A stretch of DNA of 64,000 nt from Clostridia bacterium (GCA_045545475.1 JAZQAZ010000010.1:107590-171589), one strand, 5' to 3'. Shown: positions 10,598-19,296, counted from the first letter of the stretch. A program made the numbers and translations. The notes: generated by a model not told the origin, from the sequence alone.

Positions 10598-11680
10598 TCA
10601 AACCAAAACTTCCCACTTACCGTAGCGTTTACCACTTTCACGGTGGATATAGTTTTTATTCTGCAGCGATTTCATAATTCGCTTAATTGTTGCAATAGAT
10701 TTTCCGGTTACTTCAACGAGCTCTTGCTGTTTCATCGTCGGGTTCTTTGCAACCAATTCTAAAACGGCAAGTTCTTCTAAAGTACAGTCTAAAGTATCAA
10801 ATTGATACTTTGGAACTTTAGAATTGATACTTTGGGAAGCATTTACATCCACAAAATCAACGTGCATATAGCGGTTCTTCAGCTCGTGGTTCGTGCCGAG
10901 CAAAAGATTTTCGAAAAACAATTCCAGAAATTTTGTGGTGGAATGAATCCCTTTTTGCAAATCGTTATAGTTAGCACGAACGAGTGCGTTGCGGAAATAC
11001 CAAGAGTTTTCACGGAACGCATCGTTATTGACACGGAAACCGAAGGTTTTCATATATTTAATCATAAACACGGCGGTGGCTCTTGTATTGCCCTCGCCGA
11101 AGGGATGAATCTGCCAAATGTCCGATGCAAATTTAGCAAGGTGCTTTACCGATGCTTCAACCGACAGCCCCTCATATGAGAACTGCTTTTCGGTGGCAAA
11201 ATCATAATCCAAGGTATCTTTTATGCTGTTGAAATCAGCATAGATAACCGTTTCGCCATTCAGTACCCATTCCTTTTTGGAAATGTTATACTGACGAATC
11301 TTACCGGCGTGGTCAAATACACCCTCAAACAATCTGCGGTGAATGGTAATCCACTCGGCAGGAGAAAACTGAAACGCTTTTTCGCCTAAAAGCTTGGTTA
11401 TTCTTGCAGAAACAATATCCGCTTCTTTGGTGTTATCTTCAGCTTCGGTGCGGGTACTTCTCTGCTCATAATAGCTGTAAATACGCTTTTGAGCTTCATC
11501 TATGGTGATTTTACCCTCGATGTGATCCTTTGCAGTATCAAGCAAATATTCAGACGTGTTGAGTCCGTCAACCGCCTGCAAACCAATAGCAGTTTGCCAA
11601 GCTTCACTTTTTTCGGCTCTTTCAGGTTCGCCTTGCTTTATATATTCTTCAAGTTCAAATTGCCAATTCTTATCGGGCAT
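10598..11680 (-). CDS. Fic/DOC family protein with C-terminal winged HTH
   Basis: HPFGEGNTR motif; C-terminal KNPTMKQQELVEVTGKSIATIKR HTH. Confidence 0.9.
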   Translation of the reverse strand: MPDKNWQFELEEYIKQGEPERAEKSEAWQTAIGLQAVDGLNTSEYLLDTAKDHIEGKITIDEAQKRIYSYYEQRSTRTEAEDNTKEADIVSARITKLLGEKAFQFSPAEWITIHRRLFEGVFDHAGKIRQYNISKKEWVLNGETVIYADFNSIKDTLDYDFATEKQFSYEGLSVEASVKHLAKFASDIWQIHPFGEGNTRATAVFMIKYMKTFGFRVNNDAFRENSWYFRNALVRANYNDLQKGIHSTTKFLELFFENLLLGTNHELKNRYMHVDFVDVNASQSINSKVPKYQFDTLDCTLEELAVLELVAKNPTMKQQELVEVTGKSIATIKRIMKSLQNKNYIHRESGKRYGKWEVLV

Positions 11681-11709
11681 ATTTGCACCTCATTTCGCTA
11701 TCATATCTA

Positions 11710-12612
11710 TTATTCATTATCCAAAACCCTAAAATAATCATCATATCTCTCGCTGACATACTCAGCAACGAGATTTATCATCGGTTCAGGATCGTTATCT
11801 CTGTAGAATGAATCAAATGCGTTATAATACCGCTTTCGGTCGGCAAATTTTACGTTGATTGCCGGATAACCGTGTCTTATAAGCTCAAGATTCATAATCA
11901 AGCGGCCTGTTCTTCCGTTACCGTCAACAAAGGGGTGAATGCCCTCGAATTCAAGATGGAACAACGCAATACGCTCAATGGTGCTCATTTCTGCCTTGCG
12001 TTCTTCGTTTTTTAAGAGCAGTTCAGTCATTTTGGGTTCAATCAAATAGGGCTGCACCGGCTCTGTAAAAGCTCCCATAATACGCACGGGAATGCGGCGA
12101 TACACACCCTTATCCTCTGGCTGATTCATCAACACAAGGGAATGAATGGCTTTTATGGCTGACTCGTTTAACGGCACATCCTTAGTAGCAATGTCCGTAA
12201 CATACAGAAAAGCATCACGGTGTCCGACTGCTTCAAGGTGGTCTTTCAGCGGCTTTTGATCGACAGTCATTCCTTCAAGAACCATTGCGGTTTCCTTCAA
12301 GGTAAGCGTGTTTCCTTCGATTGCGTTTGAGTTATAAGTATACTCTATCATAAACTCTTGGCGGAGACGGTTTAACTCACCCTGTGTAAGAGGACGCATT
12401 GCATTAAGACGTTCTTTTTTGTATTCTATTTCTGCAATTATATTAGTCTTTGACAATCTGCCGTCCATGGGCTTAACTGCCGTTTCGGGAATCATATAGA
12501 GTTTTCCCTTGCGTATAACGCCCTCCACCTTGCCTTCGGCACACAATGTACGCACACGGCGAGGTGAAATTCCCCATTTTTCAGCAGCTTTTGATACCTT
12601 AATATATTCCAT
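11710..12612 (-). CDS. Fic family protein with N-terminal HTH
   Basis: Canonical HPFVDGNGRTGR and inhibitory SNAIEGN motifs; likely start MEYIKV after GAGGAGG. Confidence 0.9.
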   Translation of the reverse strand: MEYIKVSKAAEKWGISPRRVRTLCAEGKVEGVIRKGKLYMIPETAVKPMDGRLSKTNIIAEIEYKKERLNAMRPLTQGELNRLRQEFMIEYTYNSNAIEGNTLTLKETAMVLEGMTVDQKPLKDHLEAVGHRDAFLYVTDIATKDVPLNESAIKAIHSLVLMNQPEDKGVYRRIPVRIMGAFTEPVQPYLIEPKMTELLLKNEERKAEMSTIERIALFHLEFEGIHPFVDGNGRTGRLIMNLELIRHGYPAINVKFADRKRYYNAFDSFYRDNDPEPMINLVAEYVSERYDDYFRVLDNE

Positions 12613-12651
12613 TAGAGTTGCCTCCTCAGTTAATACAATACTACAAAATAC

Positions 12652-12680
12652 ATTATACACCATTTTGGGAATATTGTCAA
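12652..12680 (-). promoter_or_regulatory. Consensus sigma-A promoter for the Fic genes
   Basis: TTGACA-17 nt-TATAAT on the minus strand. Confidence 0.75.
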
Positions 12681-12868
12681 GGTTGACTGAAAATGTTTAC
12701 AACTGTTTTGTTCCCCAAATTGAATTTAAGGGAAGAATGTTTGTACAAGTGAATTGATTTTTGTATTTTGACACTGTTGTAGCATTCATGATAATTGCTA
12801 CAGCGTAGCACCAAATATAATGAAGAAAAGCCTTGAATGTAATAACTTTCAGGGCATTTCTTATGGTC

Positions 12869-13023
12869 TAGAGGTGGAGCTATGAAGTGAAAATTTAATA
12901 TCAAAATTACAACTTTGTGATAATTTATAATGTCGTACAGCTCCACCTCTGAGCCCTTGCAATTACTGGCTTTAACGGTGTTTGCCGAGGTATGCATCGC
13001 GCCTGCTCTTAGAGGTGGAGCGA
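12869..13023. repeat. Three copies of a 14-bp motif TAGAGGTGGAGCTA in alternating orientation
   Basis: 12869-12882 (+), 12938-12951 (-), 13010-13023 (+); further copies at 14994-15007 and 15286-15299 (both -). Confidence 0.75.
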
Positions 13024-13142
13024 TTGACTTTTTTGATGGTAATATTCTTGAATCTATATTGAATTTGTAAATTCTATTTGCCAAAAACGAAAAACTATTG
13101 ATTTTGACAAGTAAAATTAGAGCACCAAAACAGTGGCTCTGA

Positions 13143-13952
<810 letters not shown>

Positions 13953-14045
13953 AACCAAGTGATAATTTACAAATAAGGATTTTTACAGGTTTTATCAATT
14001 AGTGTACCTTTTGGTAAACCTATATGGAGGTGAGAACATTCGGGA

Positions 14046-14501
14046 ATGAATAAATCAAAAATTCGGTGTACTTTTGCCGGGCACAGTGAGATTCATAACT
14101 CAAATCTTGTTGAAGAAATAAAGGCTACTGCAAAAGAATTGATTATCGAAAATGGTGTTAATGAGTTCTGGGTAGGTCATTACGGTGACTTTGATCATTA
14201 TGCCGCAAAAGCAGTAAGGGAACTCAAGCGGGAGTATGACATAGAGCTTGTACTTGTAATTCCATATCTTACAAAGGAAATCGAAGAATACAAAGAAGAC
14301 TATTATAAAAATTTTGATGCGATAATTATGGCAGACATACCCCAAACAACACCTACAAAATTAAGAATTATAAAAGCAAATCAGTATATGGTAAATGAGT
14401 CTGACTACTTGATTTGCTATGTGAAAAATACTTGGGGAGGAGCTGCGAAGACATTAGAATATGCAAGTCGTAAGAAAAAAACAATTTACAACTTAGGATA
14501 A
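14046..14501 (+). CDS. SLOG-family (YspA/DUF1273-like) protein
   Basis: CTFAGH, G.FD, LVIPY, ANQYMVNESDYLICYV...GGAAKTLEYA motifs. Confidence 0.8.
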   Translation: MNKSKIRCTFAGHSEIHNSNLVEEIKATAKELIIENGVNEFWVGHYGDFDHYAAKAVRELKREYDIELVLVIPYLTKEIEEYKEDYYKNFDAIIMADIPQTTPTKLRIIKANQYMVNESDYLICYVKNTWGGAAKTLEYASRKKKTIYNLG

Positions 14502-14594
14502 ATGACATGTATAGCAAATTAAAAAAATACAAAAGCACCCACTTTTTTAACTCCTGCCATTGAAAGTAGTAAAAGCATATGTTAAAATGTCAAT

Positions 14595-14695
14595 GTAAAA
14601 ATGGTAAGCAGTTAAAATGGTAAGCAGTTAAGCAGGTATTGGTATGTGCATCCTTGGGATAGGTGTGTGCATTTATACTTGCTTGTTATTTTTTT
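14595..14695 (+). ncRNA. Putative sRNA, cassette 1 (class A)
   Basis: TTGAAA-17-TAAAAT promoter; tandem motif; hairpin AAGCAGGTAT/ATACTTGCTT followed by T-tract. Confidence 0.6.
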
Positions 14696-14839
14696 GAAGG
14701 AAAACTAAATAGTTTTCGGGGAACTGATTGCATATTAACTTGCAGAATCACATATTTTCTTAAAATATTTTTCTGAAAAATACCCTTTATTTTTTCTCCT
14801 GGTCTTGTTTTGAGAAAAATAATGTGGTAAACTATGTGT

Positions 14840-14944
14840 GTAAAAATGGTAAGCAGTTAAAACGGTAAGCAGTTAAGCAGGTATTGGCGTATGCCTTTTC
14901 TTAGGATAGGTGTGTGCATTTATACTTGCTTTTTCTCATTTTTT
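14840..14944 (+). ncRNA. Putative sRNA, cassette 2 (class A, paralog of cassette 1)
   Basis: TTGTTT-17-TAAACT promoter; same tandem motif and closing stem; inner stem GCGTATGCCT/AGGTGTGTGC is rich in G-U pairs. Confidence 0.6.
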
Positions 14945-15040
14945 ACGGAAAACAAACTTTTTAGCAGAATAAAAAAATTTATACCTTCAATTTTAGCTCC
15001 ACCGCTACCAATTAGTATTTACATATGCTAAAATAGCACT

Positions 15041-15215
15041 GTAAAAATGGTAAGCAGTTAAAACGGTAAGCAGTTTAGATGGTTTTTAAGGGTAACAAAT
15101 TTACTCACAAAACCGTCGGGGTTTTTGTCAAACCTTGTAAGAAGACGAGGGTACACATAAGCCTTTCCGACGGGAGAAGTATGCCCAAACGCCTTTTTTA
15201 AGGTGTTCGGCACAA
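15041..15215 (+). ncRNA. Putative structured RNA, cassette 3 (class B)
   Basis: Extended -10 TGCTAAAAT; tandem motif; long hairpin CCGTCGG...CCGACGG; then GCCCAAACGCC/GGTGTTCGGC hairpin. Confidence 0.55.
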
Positions 15216-15332
15216 CAAATTATTTCAAGTCAAAACAAACGATTTTTGTATTAAGAAAAAACAATTTACAAATTTATATTTAATTTAGCGCCACCTCTAC
15301 TCAAGAGGGTTTACATATGTTAAAATAACAGT

Positions 15333-15664
15333 GTAAAGATGGTAAGCAGTTAAAATTGTAAGCAGTTGCGGTAACTTTAGTTACTGATAGTTTTTTCAGG
15401 AGATTAACCATAAGTTCTTGTGAACCTTTACAAGTCGTAAAGAGTACACCAAAACTTTTATTACAGGAGATATTGTCTGAATACTCATTGAGTGTTCGGC
15501 AAGTAAACGGTATGACTGAAGAGCGATTATGCTCATTTGCAGTCTGTGGAGTGGTAAAGCTACGGGATAACTATGTCCTGAAGCTCTATCTAAAAATTAA
15601 ATATTACGGAAACAAAAAGAATGTAGATTTAGCCTTAAATGGCTTATTTCTGCATTCTTTTTTT
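15333..15664 (+). ncRNA. Putative structured RNA, cassette 4 (class B, longer, ends at an intrinsic terminator)
   Basis: Extended -10 TGTTAAAAT; tandem motif; hairpins homologous to cassette 3; terminator AAAAAGAATGTAGA...TCTGCATTCTTTTTTT at 15614-15664. Confidence 0.55.
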
Positions 15665-15684
15665 ATCTAAATATCGAATGGAAA

Positions 15685-16172
15685 CCAAAACTTTTGAAGA
15701 GTTCTATCGGCACATCCAGCCCTGCTCGGCAGGAATGTGTACGGACAAAATTTTGTGGAACAACGAAAATGAAATGTGCAAGCTTTTAACGGTTTTCCTT
15801 GCACAGCAAAGTCGGGCGAAAAAGAGCCTCACTTTGTTACTTAAAATCCAGGATGTGAGCAGACATCCGGACACAGTAGCGGCTGTGAAAACACATTCAT
15901 ATGTCACCGCTTATGGCATATTTCAGCATCGGCATTTTATGCACCTGAGTTTAGCAGGTTGATGCTACCGCCGGATTTTTAAGTCCAAATAACAAAATAG
16001 CGGTAATATTACTAACCTGGCAGTTAGCTTCATACTAAAGGGAGACAGAGATTAAAAAAGCACACGAAAGTGCCGTAAATATGCTGTTTTCCATTAAGTC
16101 AAACAAGGAAATACAGAGGTAACAGATACAAAAAGCTCAGTGCCATAGCTATGCCCTTGCGAAAGAAAGGGA
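15685..16172 (+). ncRNA. Highly structured non-coding region (RNA or ssDNA origin) upstream of the tyrosine recombinase
   Basis: Consecutive helices and a multibranch domain closed by ACTTAAAATCC (15839-49) / GGATTTTTAAGT (15973-84). Confidence 0.45.
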
Positions 16173-16177
16173 TTAAA

Positions 16178-17044
16178 ATGAAAACTGCAATATACAAGAA
16201 TTTAGAAGTTCAGTACAACAAGTTGTTCCGTCACCTGAAAGTTGGCAGTTTCAAAACGAGAGAGCGTTACGGCAAGGCGTTCAAACGCTTTATGGTATTT
16301 CTGGCAAAAGAGTACCGATTGCAAAAGCTTTGCAACATTTCCGAAAAGCATATACTTGCATACGTTTCGTATATGCAAAAGAAAGGTCTGTCAGCTTCGA
16401 CCATCAAGACCGAGCTTGCCGCCATTCGTTTCTTCCACGACAATATGCCGTACACGAGAAGCACATTGCCGAGCAATGAGGACTTAGACCTCAAAAAGCG
16501 TACCTTTGGTGGTGCGGACAGAACCTGGACTTCTCCGGAATTTAACCATATGCTCATTGCCGCAATTGATAACAAGGATTATCAGGCGATTCTGTGCCTT
16601 GCGAGATACGCTGGTCTTCGCTTGGAGGAATGCTTCCGCATCGACACCAATGATGCAAAAAACGCCCTTGATACAGGCAATCTGCTTGTCAAGGGCAAGG
16701 GTGGACTTTGGAGATATGTACCTATCAATGAGTCTATCAGAATTACATTCCGTGATATGTTAAAGATAACTCCCATTGGAGAAAAACTGTTTGTGCGACC
16801 TTACGACAAGACGCATCTTGCAATGAAAAGACTGCAATGCTTTATTGCGTATCACAGAAAAAGATTTACTGAAAACACAATTACTTTCCACGGACTTCGA
16901 CACACCTTTGCACATGAGCAGTACAACAAGTTCATTGAACAAGGTTACTCTGACTTTATGGCTCGTAAAAAGGTATCGGAGCTACTCGGGCATCACCGTG
17001 ATGATGTAACGAGAATTTATTTGTCGGGCGGTGATGATGTATGA
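16178..17044 (+). CDS. Tyrosine recombinase with N-terminal SAM-like domain
   Basis: Catalytic residues present: GLRLEE, VKGKGG, FHGLRH, LGHHR, RIYL; AAAGG RBS before ATG 16178. Confidence 0.9.
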   Translation: MKTAIYKNLEVQYNKLFRHLKVGSFKTRERYGKAFKRFMVFLAKEYRLQKLCNISEKHILAYVSYMQKKGLSASTIKTELAAIRFFHDNMPYTRSTLPSNEDLDLKKRTFGGADRTWTSPEFNHMLIAAIDNKDYQAILCLARYAGLRLEECFRIDTNDAKNALDTGNLLVKGKGGLWRYVPINESIRITFRDMLKITPIGEKLFVRPYDKTHLAMKRLQCFIAYHRKRFTENTITFHGLRHTFAHEQYNKFIEQGYSDFMARKKVSELLGHHRDDVTRIYLSGGDDV

Positions 17045-17250
17045 CCAAAAAGAAAAATCTTTATACAAAAATGCTCAAAGATTACCCCGATGTATTAAAC
17101 GTAAATCAAATGTGCAAGGCTTTGGGAGGAATCAGCACAAAGACGGGCTACAAGCTTCTTAAAGAAAAGAAGATTGAAAGCATAAAGGTCGGTCGGGAAT
17201 ATAAGATAGCCAAAATAAATTTGATAGATTTCATCACAAATAACGGCTAA
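17041..17250 (+). CDS. Excisionase-like HTH_17 DNA-binding protein
   Basis: YPDVLNVNQMCKALGGISTKTGYKLLKEKKIESIKVGREYKI; 4-nt overlap with the recombinase gene. Confidence 0.85.
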   Translation: MTKKKNLYTKMLKDYPDVLNVNQMCKALGGISTKTGYKLLKEKKIESIKVGREYKIAKINLIDFITNNG

Positions 17251-17254
17251 AATC

Positions 17255-17306
17255 TTTACAAAAGCACCTGCTTTTGGTATAATAATTAAATAATAGCAGG
17301 TGCTTT
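17255..17306 (+). promoter_or_regulatory. Integrase promoter inside a 12-bp inverted repeat
   Basis: TTTACA-17-TATAAT; AAAGCACCTGCT (17261-72) and AGCAGGTGCTTT (17295-306) flank the -10 box. Confidence 0.65.
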
Positions 17307-17347
17307 ACTTCCCGAAAGGAGGATTTATTTAAAGGAGGTAAAACACT

Positions 17348-18607
17348 ATGAAAAGAAAAGATATAAATGTCTATATAAGAGACAAAAAAGGTTATTACTA
17401 TGCTGTTATAGTTTATAAAAATGCACAAGGCAAGCGAAAAGAAAAGTGGTTTCCGACTAAATTGCAGATTCGCGGTAACAAGAAAAAAGCAGAAGCGATT
17501 GCAGATCAGATCCTTGAAGAATTTGAAATTCCTGCCGAGGATTTGTGTTTGAAAGAGAAGAGTACAAAGCTTGGCAAGAATTGTATTGCAAATGCTACGC
17601 TTGACGATTTGACACAATCTCAGGTTGCAAATTTGTTGTTCTCGGATTACATCATAAAGTATTTGCCGCTGACGAGAAAAAGGCGAAGAAAGATTGAAGA
17701 CACTACATATTCAGGCTATGAGGCAAACGTAAAAAGCGTTGTCGCTCCTTATTTTGCAAAGAAAAAGATTAAGCTTAAGGATCTGACGGCAAAAGACATT
17801 CAGGACTTTTACGACAAGCAACTTGAACGTGTAAAACCAAACTCGGTTATTCGATACCACGCAATCATAAGACTTTCTCTGTGCCACGCAAGAAAGATGC
17901 GATACATCAAGGAAAATCCCATTGAAGAGGTGGAAAAGCCCGAGAAGAATCAGTTTATCGGCAAATTCTATACGGCTGAAGAACTTACCAAACTTATAGA
18001 GTTAGCCAAAGGCACAAAGCTTGAAATTCCCGTTATTATGGGCGGTTTTTACGGACTTCGCAGAAGTGAGGTTGTGGGATTGAGATGGTCGGCAATAGAC
18101 TTTGAGAACAACATATTTTACATCAATCACACGGTAACAACTCCGCAAATTGACGGTGTAACCAAAATTGTTGCAAAGGACAGAGCAAAGACTAAATCAA
18201 GTTTGAGAGCCTTACCACTTGGCAAAGATGTTAAAGAAATACTTCTTTGCAAAAAGCAACAGCAGGAAGAGTACCGCAAGAAGTTCAAAAGCTCTTATAA
18301 CAAGAAATGGCTTGATTATGTGATGGTTGATGAATTAGGTGATTTAATTACACCCGATTACATTACCGGAGCATTCAAAAGCTTTTTGGCAAAACATGAG
18401 CTTCGTGAGATACGCTTCCACGATCTTCGTCACACCTGTGCTTCGTTGCTTCTTAACAAAGGCAAGCACGAGGGAATAACGCTTAAAGACATTCAGGTAT
18501 GGCTTGGACACAGCGACTTTTCGACTACTGCGAATACATATTCACATCTTGATGCAACGTCAAAAGGATTTTCGCTAAGTGCGTTAGAGAAGGCTATAAC
18601 ATTCTAA
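17348..18607 (+). CDS. Site-specific tyrosine integrase (ICEBs1/Tn916-like)
   Basis: N-terminal arm-binding region, GLRRSEVVGLRW, IRFHDLRHTCAS, WLGHSDFSTTANTYSH. Confidence 0.93.
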   Translation: MKRKDINVYIRDKKGYYYAVIVYKNAQGKRKEKWFPTKLQIRGNKKKAEAIADQILEEFEIPAEDLCLKEKSTKLGKNCIANATLDDLTQSQVANLLFSDYIIKYLPLTRKRRRKIEDTTYSGYEANVKSVVAPYFAKKKIKLKDLTAKDIQDFYDKQLERVKPNSVIRYHAIIRLSLCHARKMRYIKENPIEEVEKPEKNQFIGKFYTAEELTKLIELAKGTKLEIPVIMGGFYGLRRSEVVGLRWSAIDFENNIFYINHTVTTPQIDGVTKIVAKDRAKTKSSLRALPLGKDVKEILLCKKQQQEEYRKKFKSSYNKKWLDYVMVDELGDLITPDYITGAFKSFLAKHELREIRFHDLRHTCASLLLNKGKHEGITLKDIQVWLGHSDFSTTANTYSHLDATSKGFSLSALEKAITF

Positions 18608-18708
18608 AATGAAAAAAGTAACCTATACTTTTTCACTATTCACTATTACTTATTACTTCCGCCAAAATCGACAGTAAGAGAGTAGTGAAAAGTGAAGAGG
18701 TAAAAAGT

Positions 18709-18746
18709 AAAATCGACAGGGCTCTCTGTCGAACCCTGTCGATTTT
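18709..18746. terminator. Hairpin immediately downstream of tRNA-Ser
   Basis: AAAATCGACAGGG-12 nt-CCCTGTCGATTTT. Confidence 0.7.
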
Positions 18747-18837
18747 GGCGGAGAAGGTGGGATTCGAACCCACGTGCCGGAATTACCGACAAACTGATTT
18801 CGAGTCAGCCCCGTTATGACCGCTTCGATACTTCTCC
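18746..18837 (-). tRNA. tRNA-Ser(CGA)
   Basis: GGAGAAG acceptor stem, anticodon loop CTCGAAA, long variable arm, GGGTTCGAATCCC T-arm, encoded CCA. Confidence 0.95.
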
Positions 18838-18988
18838 ATATATGTTTAACAGTTATCCAAAAAAGCAAATCTTTGGGAACTTTCTTTGGGAACTGCTAAA
18901 ATCTTAAATATTCAGTTTTTCAAAAAATCAAGCTATACAGCGGATTTAGGGCACTTTTTGAAGAGGATATTTCCGAAAAGCTTACCTC

Positions 18989-19129
18989 ATTTCGAGTGTG
19001 CTCCGTTATGTCCTTTTGCGGTGCCCGGGAAAATTTCACACCTTGTGTTTATTTTTCCGACCGCGGCAGCTCCTTATTGCTCGCTGAATCTGCCACAGGC
19101 AGTGCTCGCAAACGTCACCACTTCGATAC
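18989..19129 (-). pseudogene. Duplicated 5' half of tRNA-Ser interrupted by a 106-nt hairpin-rich insert
   Basis: 18989-19010 matches 18797-18818 at 19/22 nt; 19117-19129 matches 18819-18831 at 12/13 nt. Confidence 0.65.
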
Positions 19130-19166
19130 GTATATAATATTGACTGCTTTTTTGCAACTGTTATTT

Positions 19167-19195
19167 ATAATACCACAGAAACCTTTTTGTGTCAA
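19167..19195 (-). promoter_or_regulatory. Sigma-A promoter reading toward the tRNA
   Basis: TTGACA-17-TATTAT with extended TG. Confidence 0.7.
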
Positions 19196-19296
19196 TAAAA
19201 ATCTGGCTTACAATTTAAAAATCCTATTGAAAAAGAAATACTTTTGTGGTAATATAAAAACATTGACAAAAAATAAAATCGAGGAAGTGAACTATC

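Larger units (their letters stand above)
14545..15664 (+). repeat. Array of four homologous promoter + tandem-motif cassettes
   Basis: TGnTAAAAT or TGGTAAACT -10 boxes at 14583, 14828, 15029, 15321, each followed 7 nt later by GTAAArATGGTAAGCAGTTAAAAykGTAAGCAGTT. Confidence 0.9.

Noticed and set aside
12677-13084. 135-aa minus-strand ORF
   Set aside because: No RBS or motifs; it spans an intergenic repeat region.
15126-15138. 13-nt identity (TGTCAAACCTTGT) between cassette 3 and the retron msr at 33986-33998
   Set aside because: The structural context differs and cassette 4 does not conserve it. Matches of this length are expected by chance in a 64-kb AT-rich window.
14595-15367. CRISPR array interpretation of the repeated 35-mer
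   Set aside because: Intervals are 200-290 nt, homologous in pairs, and each contains a promoter; no cas genes are present.
15473-15962. ORFs 15473..15670, 15639..15962 and 15704..15907
   Set aside because: No recognisable protein features; they overlap hairpin-dense sequence and a terminator. The 65-aa ORF has a GGAG upstream, so it cannot be fully excluded.
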